A stretch of 63,145 nucleotides of DNA, filler included, from Perkinsus chesapeaki ATCC PRA-425 (GCA_013115145.1; 7 parts of 7 records of this genome joined end to end with filler, not necessarily neighbours in it); one strand, 5' to 3'. Numbered from the whole stretch's first letter, positions 36,268 through 48,738 are shown. Numbers and translations: made by a program. The notes: generated by a model not told the origin, from the sequence alone.

Positions 36268-36622
36268 AAACGGCTGAACCGTTTCTGTTTGTGCTTGTGC
36301 AAAGCCAACTTCAATTAACAGTGAAGCCCGAATCAACGGTAAATCACAATAACAACAACTATAACTTATAGCTATAACACCCACAGAAATATAGCTAATC
36401 GCTTTCCTGCAATGTGCACGAACCCTAATGAGGAAACATTTCACGACTCGTGAAATGTTTCCTAGGCTCGTGAATCACGAGCCTAGCGCTCGCCACAAAG
36501 AGAAGGTGCTACAGTAGAGTCACGCGCCCCAGGGCCGCCCACAGTCACGCGCCATTAAATTATTATGGACTCCCGTGGAGGCTCAATATTCTTGCGGCAC
36601 TAAATTGTCTCACCAGTCACTA

Positions 36623-37683
36623 CAGCCCGACGCAATGAAATAGGATATTTCGTTTCTTATCTATTTGTCACTCAATATCAAGCGTCGTGATATGAAATTT
36701 CAAACATGAGCACTATGACAAGAATAAAAAACGTGACACTAAATCGATCAACCGTTTCATGGCTAACTATTGATATCTTGGCGCGCGAAGTTTTCATTTG
36801 GATGAAAAACTTTAATTTAATTAAAAAATTTAATTTGGATGGCCCAGACGGAGTCTATCATTACTGGAAGCTTCCCAAGTCTCCCGGGCTACAGAGGTCG
36901 AAGCGTAGCTTCGGTGGAGGGTCAGTGATGGTGTGGGGAGCCATATGCGGGGACCAGAAGCTGGCGCTGGTAGTGGTGGATACTCGTTTGGATTCTGCGA
37001 AGTACCAGCAGCTCCTAACCGACCACCTCCTCCCGGTTTTAAAGGCCGGCATGGTCTTCCAACAAGATAACGCTCCGTGTCATGCCTCTCGTAGTACTAA
37101 AACGTGGTTAGAGGACAACAACGTGCCAACTTGCTCTTGGCCATCGTTGAGTCCAGATCTTAACCCCATTGAAAGTGTTTGGGGTAAGCTGGCTATGATG
37201 GTTTACAAGCCTGGCAGCCCTTCTTACACGAGCGTGGGGCAGTTGAAGGAGGCTATATTTGGGGCGTGGGACAATATGGAGGTGGAATTCGTCAGGAAGT
37301 GCACCCGTTCCATGCGGAAGAGGCTGTGCAAAGTTCTGGAGGAAAAAGGAGAGTCAATTGACTATTAGTTTCTGATTTACGTGTAGCATGTGATTATGTA
37401 TGTGTCTTAGTTCCTAGTATCAAGTTTTCAGCCTTTGAGTTGACCAGTGGGTGGAGAAACACAACCAAGTCTAAAGTATTCTATTTCATTGCGTCGGTTC
37501 TGCGCGCGCTGAAAGTTTCGCGCGCCAAGATATCAGTGGATAGGCATGAAACGGCTGATCGATTTAGTGTCACGTTTTTTATTCTTGTTATAGTACTCAT
37601 ATTTAAAATTTCATATCACAACGCTTGATATTGAGTGAGAAATCTGAAAAATACGAATTATTCTATTTCATTGCGTCGGGCTG
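36623..37683 (+). mobile_element. Tc1-family (DD34E) element, internally deleted, with about 175-bp TIRs and a TA duplication
   Basis: TA|CAGCCCGACGCAATGAAATAG...CTATTTCATTGCGTCGGGCTG|TA; KKFNLDGPDG, VWG, QQDNAPCH...SPDLNPIE (34-residue spacing); the N-terminal HTH is absent. Confidence 0.95.
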
Positions 37684-38399
37684 TACATGCAACTGCATGA
37701 CAATAAATGAGTTTAAATGCCTTCGGGGGGTGTTGAACCTGCGTGGGCGTCAACTCCACTATCCTGCAATAGCTACTGGCCAGGCGGTACTGGACCAGCA
37801 CTGGTTGGCTGCATATTACTAGTATTTTCCAATGTGTCCGACGTATCTTGTATGTCTATTTTGAGTCATAGTTTACGAGTCTGTACAGTTTGCGTTTAAT
37901 CAGTAAAGGAGTTAATACATCTAATAACTTGTTACCATCGTTTATCGTACGCGTCGTTCTGTCACAACCGTGCATTATCTTTATGCACCAACGATTCCAT
38001 ATCTATCACGAGGGAGGAAGAATTGTCAAGTGAGTCAATAGACTCGGCTTCTACCGCGACCCGCAACGTTGATTAATGCAGAGGTAGTTCAACTATTGGA
38101 TGACTCATAAACTCCAACTTTTAACTCAACACTACAATATGCGATACGCTAATATGCATCCAACGTGAACATCTTCAAGCCAACTGTAGAAGTAGAACAC
38201 ACAGAAAATATAACGTCGTTCAAGTATCATACCTACATGATCCAAAAGAAGTCGTACTCGAAGGCAGGTGGGTGCCTCAGAACGCGCACCGAGCATTCCA
38301 GGCACCGATGTTAACGCAAGGAGAATGTGAACTTCAGAGTATGAAGACCTGTTACGCTTATACTAAATTATCATTCAGTTTCGAATTACTTGTGCACTC

Positions 38400-39623
38400 A
38401 TGATCACACGTACCGCAGACGGAACCCGTATAAACAAGCCAGCCAGATATAGGCAGTCGGATACCAATACAGCTACGAACTCTGGGAGTAGACCCGATTC
38501 TAGACCGAAGGCTTTACCCAAGACCAAAACTAAGCCTATAATCAAAGCGAAGAGTAAGCCTAAGGCCAGACTGCCGGGTAGGGGAAGAGGAAAAGGAAGA
38601 GGTCAACCAAAAAAGACCTATCCGGCTTCCACTATTCCACCTACATTTATTCACGCTGATATCTCCTCTCTGCCATATGGTTCTTTAGCAGGGTTGGGAG
38701 CCCACAACTCACTAGTGAGCCCACAGAATACAATGCCATTAGCATGCAACTCCGTATCCTCATTACAGGAACCCAGCAGAGTTGATGGACCTGAGATACC
38801 TGATGTATACGATCCTATTGATGACCGATTCTCAGATGACGAAATCAGTGAATGTGGCTCGACAGGAACACGAGTAGTTGCACCTTTATCAAGCAATGCT
38901 ACCGGTGATGGCTCCGCCCGAGCTATTCCTACTAATTTTAATGCTGGGCGTGGATCGAGTACAACTAACCCTATTTATTTTGAATTTCCGACTTCACAGG
39001 CGGATTATGACATTAATGAATGCTCACCTGAGGATCCCGTACTGAGGTGTGCGGTATCCTCCTCGTCTTGGTTTGATAAGCCACCTTCAGGTTTCTTACC
39101 GGACTGACTACCGAGGAGCTCGAAATCTTGCTGGATCCAACCTCAAACGAGGAAACGCTGAGGCAACTTGGGACTGGAAACAACGAAGCAGGTAAGCCGG
39201 TTTGTGGTGAGGTATACTCACTGTTCCGTAAAGCGAAAGAAGCTTCTCCACTGTCCTCGCCATCGAATACTGCTAGAGAACAACAGACAGGGATACCTCC
39301 ACCCGTCCAAGTCATATCACAACTATACTATCATTATTCAGTCACCCGGAACGTAGGTACTCCAAGAGATACAACTCCTCCTGGGAACCAGACCATGCTC
39401 TTCCTCAAGGGTACTTCCTGCCGAGCACAACGTCGTCGAACCCAATAATGAAGAAATGACAGATGTTGACACAAGTGACCTAACAGAAGCTCATGACAGC
39501 GATGCTCCGGAAGAAGTTCCAGCAAGGCGGGGAAGCGGTATAAATTGGCACCATGTCGAAGATTTTGACGAAGAAGATATTGCTCAAGCCTGGCTCGATA
39601 ACAGACATTATTGCTCGAACAGG
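38400..39623 (+). mobile_element. Probable N-terminal exons of the MULE transposase (basic GRGRG segment, acidic linker, NWHHVEDF motif), with stops
   Basis: ORF 38400-39107 and open segments ending at a GT donor near 39623; same strand, directly upstream of the catalytic ORF. Confidence 0.45.
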
Positions 39624-40326
39624 TAAATCGTATACCATGGTACCTGGGAACCGCATAAGGTTTTTGTTGTAAGTATTACTATATATACAAAATTAGCACG
39701 CGCACAATATGAATTTGAATATGAATATGAATTTCCGCAAATTCGAAATTTGTACCACCTGCTTTCATCTCCATGGTTAACGTAACATATCCTTGAGTTC
39801 TGCCTGGTAGAACTCTAATCGACATGTTCTACCACGCCGTTAGTCTAGCACGTTTAGCGAGCTATTCGGCAACGCAAGATTGAGACGCCAGCATTCTTCT
39901 AATTCTCCAGACATGTCTAGCAATTCTATATCAAGCCACAGAGCATCACGAACAAAAATCGTATACATCATCACCGTTTACACACGTATAGATAGACAAA
40001 TTTGATGGGTGTAAAAATTCTTTTCGTATTCATCAGTCTGCATTCCGTTTCTGCGTGACACTGTCAGATTTCTTTCGGAAATGACTACCTAGAATTATCA
40101 GGGCAAAACGCTGATTGTGTGAAATTAGAACAAATTGCGAAATACAAAAAACTATATTATGAATAGTTAAGATTTTTCAGGATTTTTCTTCTCGAAATAA
40201 ACGTCCGATTTGAAAATCCAATGTCCCCGGAGAATTGGTATTTGAAATCTATCGTGAAACCTTCCTCTCGTAACATAACGCGCGTTCTACATGACACATT
40301 CGCTTACACTCGATTTCTAAATTCAG

Positions 40327-41619
40327 GTGCGCTCGAATTTCACCGAGGACGCACGAGGCATAAGCTTCCAAATAATATTCTCCACCCGAAGGTGTATCGA
40401 AGCATCTCGCACGTCGGCTATGTTGTGCACTGATGCAACACATAAGCTTACCTTCCATAACTATCCAGTGCTGCCTCTCGGTCTGGCGGATTATCATAAC
40501 CACACCTTCCCTATTGCGCTGGGTTTGTGCGGTCATGAGCGGGCTGCAGACTACAAAGAGCTCCTGAGATCGATGGATATCGGTGCCTTGCGCATGGGAT
40601 TGCTTGCTCACTCACCGCAGTTCGTCATGGCGGATGGGGACCCAGCCATAACAGCGGCTGTGAATGAAGTTTTCCCGAATGCTGGTAGATCAATGTGTTG
40701 GTTTCACATGAAACGGAATGTTGAAGATTATATGGAAAAGGACCTGAAAATGGACGATGATGCAATTTTCCCGATTATGCGTGATTTAGCGTACATTCAA
40801 CTCGCCGTTACAGAACAAGCGTTCACAAAAATGTTTGAGCTCTTTAACGAGTTATATAAAGATGATCATCCTAGTCTCTTAGCATATATTAGAAGGCAAT
40901 GGATGGAAAATCCTCCCTACAACTCCTGGTATGAGGGTTTTGCCCCTCGCCTTCCGTCCACAAATAATAGTTTAGAATCAATGAATAACCAATTGAAAAT
41001 TAAAGTTCTTCGGGAGAAACTTCCTCTAGGATCTTTTATTGCTAAAATCACTCAAAAAATTGTCTATGAGTATAGCCTAGCGCTGGATAGCGATCTGGGA
41101 ACAACTGATAGAGTATTCGAGCATATAGACGAAGTTAAAGTTCCGAAAACACTTTTCGCTAGCGCCGCAAGATGGGCTTCAGCGGAGCCCATGCATATAA
41201 TTAGAATTCCGTCGACAGGCGGAGCTTACGCGTTCGTTAGATCCCGTGGAGCTAGCGCGTCGTATTTGAATCTAGATCATATACATCAGTATCTCGGTAC
41301 TCTTTTTGGCACCTACGAACATCAAGATTTTGCCTCCATGGCGGGGATGATCAGCAAAATATATATGATTACTATACCACCTAATGTTAGCAATTGGCGT
41401 CATTTTTACTGTACTTGTCCGTCGTTCCTGAAAAACAAAACCTGTTTCCACTGTATTGGCATCGGATCAAGACAGGGCCTCCTCAACCAAGAAGACCGTT
41501 TCTCTATGCCCATACAGAGAAACCCTAGGCGACAGAGGAGAGCAAGCAAAGCCCGCAAGGCACTTAGCAGGAGTCTCACATTAGATGCTGCCGCTCAAGA
41601 CCGTTTCCATCACTACTAG
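40327..41619 (+). mobile_element. MULE (Mutator-like) transposase catalytic domain + SWIM zinc finger
   Basis: LCTDATHKL, FVMADGDPAI, CWFH, TNNSLESMN; SWIM CTCPSF...CFHCIG. Confidence 0.93.
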
Positions 41620-42301
41620 CTGCTCATTTGAGTCCCTGCGGAGTAATGTATACGATGTAGGTAGTTTCAGTTAGTACCTGAAAGGCTTGTGTTCAAATGG
41701 GGATAATGTCGGGGATTTACAAGTAGCCTTACCGACTTAGGAGTTTGAGGAATCACACAGGGCGCCCAGTTTTGTTAATATCTTTAGGAGTACAGCTAAT
41801 ATTTCGGCAACACGTTCCGATGCTTCCTAACGGCTTCACATTTATTATGAGGTCCGTCGGACCTGGCCCGAACCCCGGGCCCCGAAGAGGTTGGTGAAAA
41901 AAATATGATCAAACAATTTGTATTACGACTAATATTATGAATATCCTTCCAAATTGGAAGTTCCAATTTATGGTCTAAATTTTTTAATATGAATTTTCAT
42001 AATGAATTATAATAGTAACATCCGAAAAACAACATATTCGCTTACGGATCATTATTACTGCATTTGATGATCCCTTACTGCATTCCGTTTTTCATCATTC
42101 CTCATTATTTTTTTCATTAGCCAATTTGTCATAATGTCGAAAATTCTCATTTCATCCTTAGACCTGGTAATATTTTTCTGTTTCACTCTGAAACTCTAAT
42201 AAGTATAATTATTGCTGTCAGTTGTAGAATTATTACTCAAATATATTATTCAATACATTATTTAAATTATGATACATTTTATTTAATTATCCGATGATAT
42301 T

Positions 42302-43022
42302 TGGGATATCAGGAGAGCACCTGCGCATCGATTCCAATCTCCAAGACGTCTGCCAGTGGGCTTACCAAAACCGTCCTCCGCGGTCCATCATTGCCGATAG
42401 TGTTCTCCAAAACAGGTATTATGAAAGCGAGGGACTTGCCACTGCCCGTTCTAGCTTGCCCAGGGACCGATATAGACCAGGTTAATGGATGGTAGACGAC
42501 GAAAATCACGTGATGGCATACGTCTCGGGCTGCTAAAGCATAATGGAAAGCACTCCTCTGTATCGGGGTCATCCTTAAGTCATCATCATAAAGTGATGTG
42601 ACTCACTGTGAGTCACTCACAGACTGTGACTGGCAATCCGCCAGTGAGAACCCCCAAATCTGAATCAACAATATATCAAAAATCGAAGGCAACAAACACT
42701 ACTTCGTCGCTGCTGCTGAGGCTCTTCCTCCTGACTACGGCGCTACCGCCCACTATACCACGACGTTACTCAAAGTGGTCGGCATACTCTTCCTATAATA
42801 GTAATAGACTATTACACTACTGGGTTGGCTGCGACTTACCTGTCTAGGGCATTCGATAACAAGCCTGTTTTCCAAGTCACCTATTTCAGCACCCTTTTCG
42901 TGCCTTAGACCCATCCTACGGTGCTCCCCCCTTTCACAGCCCTCAGTACCATGCCTGCCCTTCCCTCCCTTTCTCTTTTTTATCCTTTTCTTACCCTCCC
43001 TTCCGTCAAGGCTTGTTGCCAC
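42302..43022 (-). pseudogene. DBP4: DBP4/DDX10 DEAD-box helicase 5' pseudogene fragment
   Basis: Basic N-terminus, Q-motif MTPIQ, motif I GQARTGSGKSLAFIIPVLE, then a frameshifted YRQ*WTAEDGFG|GALLIS truncated at motif Ia; introns retained. Confidence 0.8.
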
Positions 43023-44119
43023 CGTAATGCTTTGTAGAAGGCTGTACTGCTGACTGTGTTCTGGCCATATACAATAGCACTACCGCAATATAGTACAAGT
43101 TGTACAGGTAAACTGTTGTACTGTACAACACTTAAACACTGTAACATTCCCATCAAATAGGACAACACCTTTAGTAATACAACAACATCGACAAGCCTCA
43201 TGCATTCTTCTCCTCCAACGCACCAAGAAGCCTAAGCATCTCTATACCCTCCGGCCGTCCTATTTAACACTATCTACCTACCTCACAGCCCTCGCTCTAG
43301 TGCCTTCATTTGCCAACAGCCTAGCCCGATCCACCGCATTTATCCCTCCCATATCGATAGGCTATCGATTAGACGTGTCACGTCTAAGTTAGACGGTCTA
43401 ACGCTATCGAAGAGAGCAACAACCCGACTGTATCAACATCGGCATTGGACTCCTAAAGTGTCCGAATCAACTGCAGGCTGTTAGCTATAGAACCATCCTG
43501 GTAGCACAACCTTATCATGGCCCGTAGCTGCAGCTAGGTTAACAGGAGCGTTAGCCGGACCGCACGCTTCACGGTGTCCATCTTGCACGAGTTAGCGTCT
43601 CTCCCACACTAGACAACGCAAGTCAATGACACAATCGGATACAGCTAATGGGTTATCCATTATGGATAATCTCTGTTGATAATTGGACTTCTTACGCAAG
43701 ACCGGTACTACCGGTCGAATCGCTACTCCATCGTCGAAGCAGCATATCTGAGCAGCCGTCACAACATCCGGCTGCGATCTTGCGCTCTTCACTGATCTTG
43801 CATATACCTCATGTTAAGAGCCGTCGTGATCTATTCTAGTACCACCCGAGACGATTTAGTGACGGGGTGATCCGCCGCAGCCTCCCGTGGACTCCCTGTC
43901 TGTCGGGCGTCGTTGTTGTTATGATTTGAGTTTGATAAACGATTCTGTGATATTTCCTTCACTAAATGAGTTATGGAAAAGAGGCATTCTACTCCGGAAC
44001 TACCTGTTCTAGAATCGGGTTTCCAGAATACGGTTATTATTCTATTTGAGCTCATTTCGATATGAATTAAACAGTTGTTCATACCTACTTCTTCCAGGGA
44101 TATCGTCGTCATCTGAGTT

Positions 44120-45110
44120 GTTGATCATTTGTAGTATTCTTATAGATATGAATGATGATAAAGATGATGTTGTTAATATATGGAATAATAAAATGTAAGG
44201 TGAATGATGTTTAAGTGAATAGTATTATTAGATACATGATTATTGGTTTTAAATCATCATATATGATAATAAATAATGATAATTATAATGATTATATAGA
44301 TGATAATATTATTAAAAAGGTATTATTAATATTATTCATATTATTAGTATTATTAGTTATATAATATTATATCTTATAAAGAAGATGCTAATAACAGTAA
44401 TAATATAATAGATACATTATCACCATCATTAATACAAAATGATAATAAAAGGTTATCATTATATTATAAAGATATTAATAATGATTATGAAGATAATAAA
44501 TACGATGTTGATATTAGATGTAATAATATTAGAAAACATGTTTGGTGTGATGGTAAAACTGGTAGAATATATTCACAATGTTATAATAATATTAATATAT
44601 ATGTAATAATTTGGTATATATTAATATTATTATATTGTTTATTAGTGGTGCTCTGATACATCAACGTTGAATGATGATGATGGAATATATAAAGTAATAA
44701 TAATATAATATGTTGTTATAGTGGTGTTATTATAGATTTCAATAACATATATACCAGATCCTAATAGTGCATCATCATCATCGTGTATACCTAAAATTTC
44801 AACAACAACAACAACAACAACAACTAGTAGTAGTACATTAAATACGTTAGGTAAAGGAGATGAGGAGGATAAATTAAGGATTAACGAAGATTATTTTATA
44901 GAAGGAATAAATAATGATGATATTAGTAAATTATTTAATATATCTAATACGGCATTTATTGATGAGTATTATATTAAACAAGAATGTAATATAAAGGTAG
45001 TAGATGAACTAGAAGTGATATATGATAACGCAGATAAATTGAATAATAACATATCATTGAATTATCATATTAATATTGGTAAACCACCTAGATTAGATAT
45101 TAACACAGGT
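44120..45110 (+). CDS. AT-rich multi-exon hypothetical gene
   Basis: Open exon 44740-45110 (about 120 aa) ending at CAG|GT, plus smaller open exons upstream; no domain recognised. Confidence 0.4.
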
Positions 45111-45112
45111 AG

Positions 45113-45390
45113 AATGGAGGATAATAAAGGGGGAATGGAGGATAATAAAGGGGGAATGGAGGATAATAAAGGGGGAATGGAGGANNNNNNNNNNNNNNNN
45201 NNNNNNNNNNNNNNNNNNNNNNNNNNNNNNNNNNNNNNNNNNNNNNNNNNNNNNNNNNNNNNNNNNNNNNNNNNNNNNNNNNNGAGGATAATAAAGGGGG
45301 AATGGAGGATAATAAAGGGGGAATGGAGGATAATAAAGGGGGAATGGAGGATAATAAAGGGGGAATGGAGGATAATAAGGGGGGAATGGA
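45113..45390. repeat. 21-bp tandem repeat spanning an assembly gap
   Basis: Unit GAATGGAGGATAATAAAGGGG on both sides of the N run. Confidence 0.95.
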
Positions 45391-45588
45391 GTAAGGGGTA
45401 TTTTAATCTGATAATGATACGTTATCATATATGATCATTATCAACATGATTAGTGTTATAATTATCACCCTTATTATTTAGAACTGATCAAGTTAGATAA
45501 TTAATAATTATCATGATATTATATCAATAATTGTCTAGTTGTACTTGCGTATTAAGTTGTTCTTCTTCTTCTTCTTCTTCTTCTTGTT

Positions 45589-47035
45589 ATGTGTGATAAT
45601 ATTATTATAATAACTGGTGTTACTGGATTATTTGGTAACGCCTTATTAGAAGAATGTATTAATTATCTTATACCAAATACGATAAATAATAAATATGAAG
45701 ATAGATATTATTTCTGTATTGTTGGAAGGGATAAAGTAAGACTATTAATAATAAATGTACTATATATTGTATTACGCATAGTTGTTATTATTATTAGGAT
45801 AAATTAGAATACACATGGAAATCGATATACAATAAATATAATAATAATAAATATATTAATATTACCTATGAAACAGTAAGTTGAATAATAATAATAACAA
45901 TATTATTAATTATATTATTATCAATTGATAATAATATTATGTTATAATCAGTTTATAATCGATTTTATGAAATCAACAAGTGAAGATATAAAATCTTTTT
46001 GGTATGATATATTATTACCAACTACAACAATTTCAAGAAGAGGAAATAGAATAAACAATAATAGTGATAGGAAAATATATGCATTTATGAATGCAGGTAA
46101 TGTGTAGTGTTGGTGGTCGGTAATGTGTAGTGTTGGTGGTCGGTAATGTGTAGTGTTGGTGGTCGGTAATGTGTAGTGTTGGTGGTGTTGGTGGTGTTGG
46201 TGGTTGGCAAGGTGTTACGTTAGTGAGTGGTGGTTAGGTGATATTGAACCATTGGGGCATATTAATGATATAATAAAAGATGATATATTATCGATTGATA
46301 ATGCTATACATCTTAATTTAACATCATTTATTGTAATAATAATAACAATAACAAGAAGAGCATTGTTGTTGTTATTATTATTTGTAGATATCAACGTCAA
46401 GTATTGTAGATTATTTTAATAATGATATATTATATATTATTAATACAACATCATTATTAGCTGATGTACCTATGGGAGGTATGATTATATATGGAATGGT
46501 ACTACTATTACTACCACTATTGATTGTTATTATTATTATAAGGTTAAAAGATCAAGAGATTATATATTACGATCATTAGAATATGAAAATAATAACAATA
46601 ATAAACATCATCATTATTTGAATTGGTCACCAGGACCAATGTTAGGGAGAATGACGTGTAATAATAATATTAGGGTACATTAAGGAAAATTAGTAGTAGT
46701 AGATTTAATTTTTATTATTATTATTATTAATAGATGATATAATTAATAAATGTAAGGATATGAGAACATATAATATATTTAATAATATGCTAATACAACA
46801 TAAACAAAGAGAAGGAGAAGAAGAAGAGATATCATCATCTTCATCATCATCATCATCATCATCGCTGTCGTCGTCGTCAAGGGCAGAAGGAGAGGGGAGA
46901 AGGAGAACAGATGGAAATCCAACATTTGTTAATCCAATAATATCAGCTAGGAAATGTATTAAATGTTTATTAGAAGATAATTATATAAATGGTAATAATC
47001 ATGTTGATTATTATGATGTATATCCAACATTATAA
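45589..47035 (+). CDS. SPR: Sepiapterin reductase-like short-chain dehydrogenase (multi-exon, AT-rich)
   Basis: ITGVTGLFG Rossmann motif; FMNAG|DIEPLG...LNLTS; YGMVK (YxxxK) RSRD...LNWSPGPM; C-terminal SARKCIKCLLEDNY..G.HVDYYD parallels the SPR SAQKL..LLEKD.F.SG.HVDFYD ending. Confidence 0.8.
46096..46205. repeat. 23-bp tandem repeat (about 4 copies) starting at an intron donor
   Basis: Unit GGTAATGTGTAGTGTTGGTGGTC at 46096, 46119, 46142 and 46165. Confidence 0.93.
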
Positions 47036-47311
47036 TTATTATTGAATAATAATAATAATCATATCAACATAGTATAGTACCAACAACAATAATAATCACC
47101 GCAGTAGTAGCCATTATAATAATTACATATGTTTCTGATAATACTCATATTGATGATACTGATATAGTTGTTCTAGTTCTTGTTGTTAAGGGTAGTGCTA
47201 CTTATTGCTGCTGCTGCTGTCGCCTTGTTGTTGTTGTTGTTTATATCGATAATAATGGTTATTGTGAGAAGTGATGAAACTGGGAGGATAAAAGACTACT
47301 CAAATAGAAGT

Positions 47312-48137
47312 ATGATGAGATTATCCAAAGGTAGTAGTAATATTATTATTTCATTTACAATCATCATCATCATCATTTATAATTATGGTTAGATAATAAT
47401 AATAAAGATGATGATAATGATAGTAGTAGAAAAAGAAGGACGATATTGCACGTATCTAATCTTACACGAAATATTAATGAGGATCATTTATATGAGATAA
47501 TAGGTAATAGTAGCCATCACCACCGCCATAATAATAATAATAATAATATAATTAATAATAACCATTATATTATTATTAATTGACAAGGTACATTCTGTGG
47601 TGATAATAATGATGATATTATTAATATTGAGTTAGCTATAGATGATAAGGTAAATTTACCTAAAGGTTATGCACATATTACATTATCTAATGAAAAAGCA
47701 GCAAAAGATATTATATATTATCTTAATAATGGACAAATTGATGGTAATATAATTAATGTAATACAACTTATAATGATAATAATAATATTGTTGATATACT
47801 ATATATTAGATAAGATACGCTCATAATAATAGTAAGGGTGGTGGCAATGATGGCAATTTGGCAAATGATGATTATAATAATAATAAAAGAAAACGAAGAG
47901 ACGATGATAATATGATGGAAGACAACGACGATAAGAATAATAAAGGTTATAATAAATAATACAGATATTTTAATTATTATTATTATTGCTGCAGCAGCAA
48001 TAAGCTCTAACAGCAGCCGTGTCCGCCCCCGCCATCACCACCGTTCTCCTTCGTCATCATCATCTAGGACATCATCATCACATGATGATGCTGTTCCTCG
48101 TCAAGAACATAATAATAGAAATCGAAAATCCGAATAA
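47312..48137 (+). CDS. RNPS1: RNPS1/SR45-like RRM splicing/EJC factor
   Basis: LHVSNLTRNINEDHLYEI|...LPKGYAHI...AAKD...LNNGQIDGNII matches the RNPS1 RRM (LTRNV.KDHI.EIF...KGYAYV...GGQIDG); R/S-rich tail. Confidence 0.82.
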
Positions 48138-48738
48138 GGAGTTGGTATAACCAACCTTATTTAGGTGATACTACATACGTATTACCTATATGGGATATGT
48201 AATATAGAATCTATCAGATTCTGTGGGGGTGGGTGGTGGAGGAGGAAGAAGAAGAAGAAGCATCAGCATTTGAGTTGCAGGTTGAATAATGAACCTTATT
48301 GTTATTATAAGATTTGTGTTGTTATTATTATCAGTATTAATATTATTTAGTTAATTATTATAATGATCTCTCTACTATGCAACTACTATAAAGAACACGT
48401 GCATATTATAAATAGGATAATATCTTCATCTTCATCATCATATAATCAAAGGTCTATAATAGTCTATAATAATAATTGCAGTATTAGTAGTAATAATAAT
48501 AATAGGTATTATTCAAATATAGTAATAAATAATATAAGTTAATTAATTATTATTATAATTACGTATAGGTTAATAATAATATCATACCACTTAACCCGTA
48601 CGCATCAGTAATGATATCTAATAATAATATCAAGTATCAATCTATAAGGCGTGTAAAGTAATAATAATATAACTATTATACTACTCTTAAGTATTATTAT
48701 TATCATCATCATTCATCTTGTTATTATTAGTAATAAAT

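Noticed and set aside
42690-43330. Plus-strand hydrophobic peptides resembling a ceramidase
   Set aside because: Stops in all frames, and the minus strand is better explained as DBP4 5' exons.
45015-45434. ORFs with MEDNKGG / RIIKGEW / PPFPLYY repeats
   Set aside because: Translations of a 21-bp intronic or intergenic minisatellite spanning a gap.
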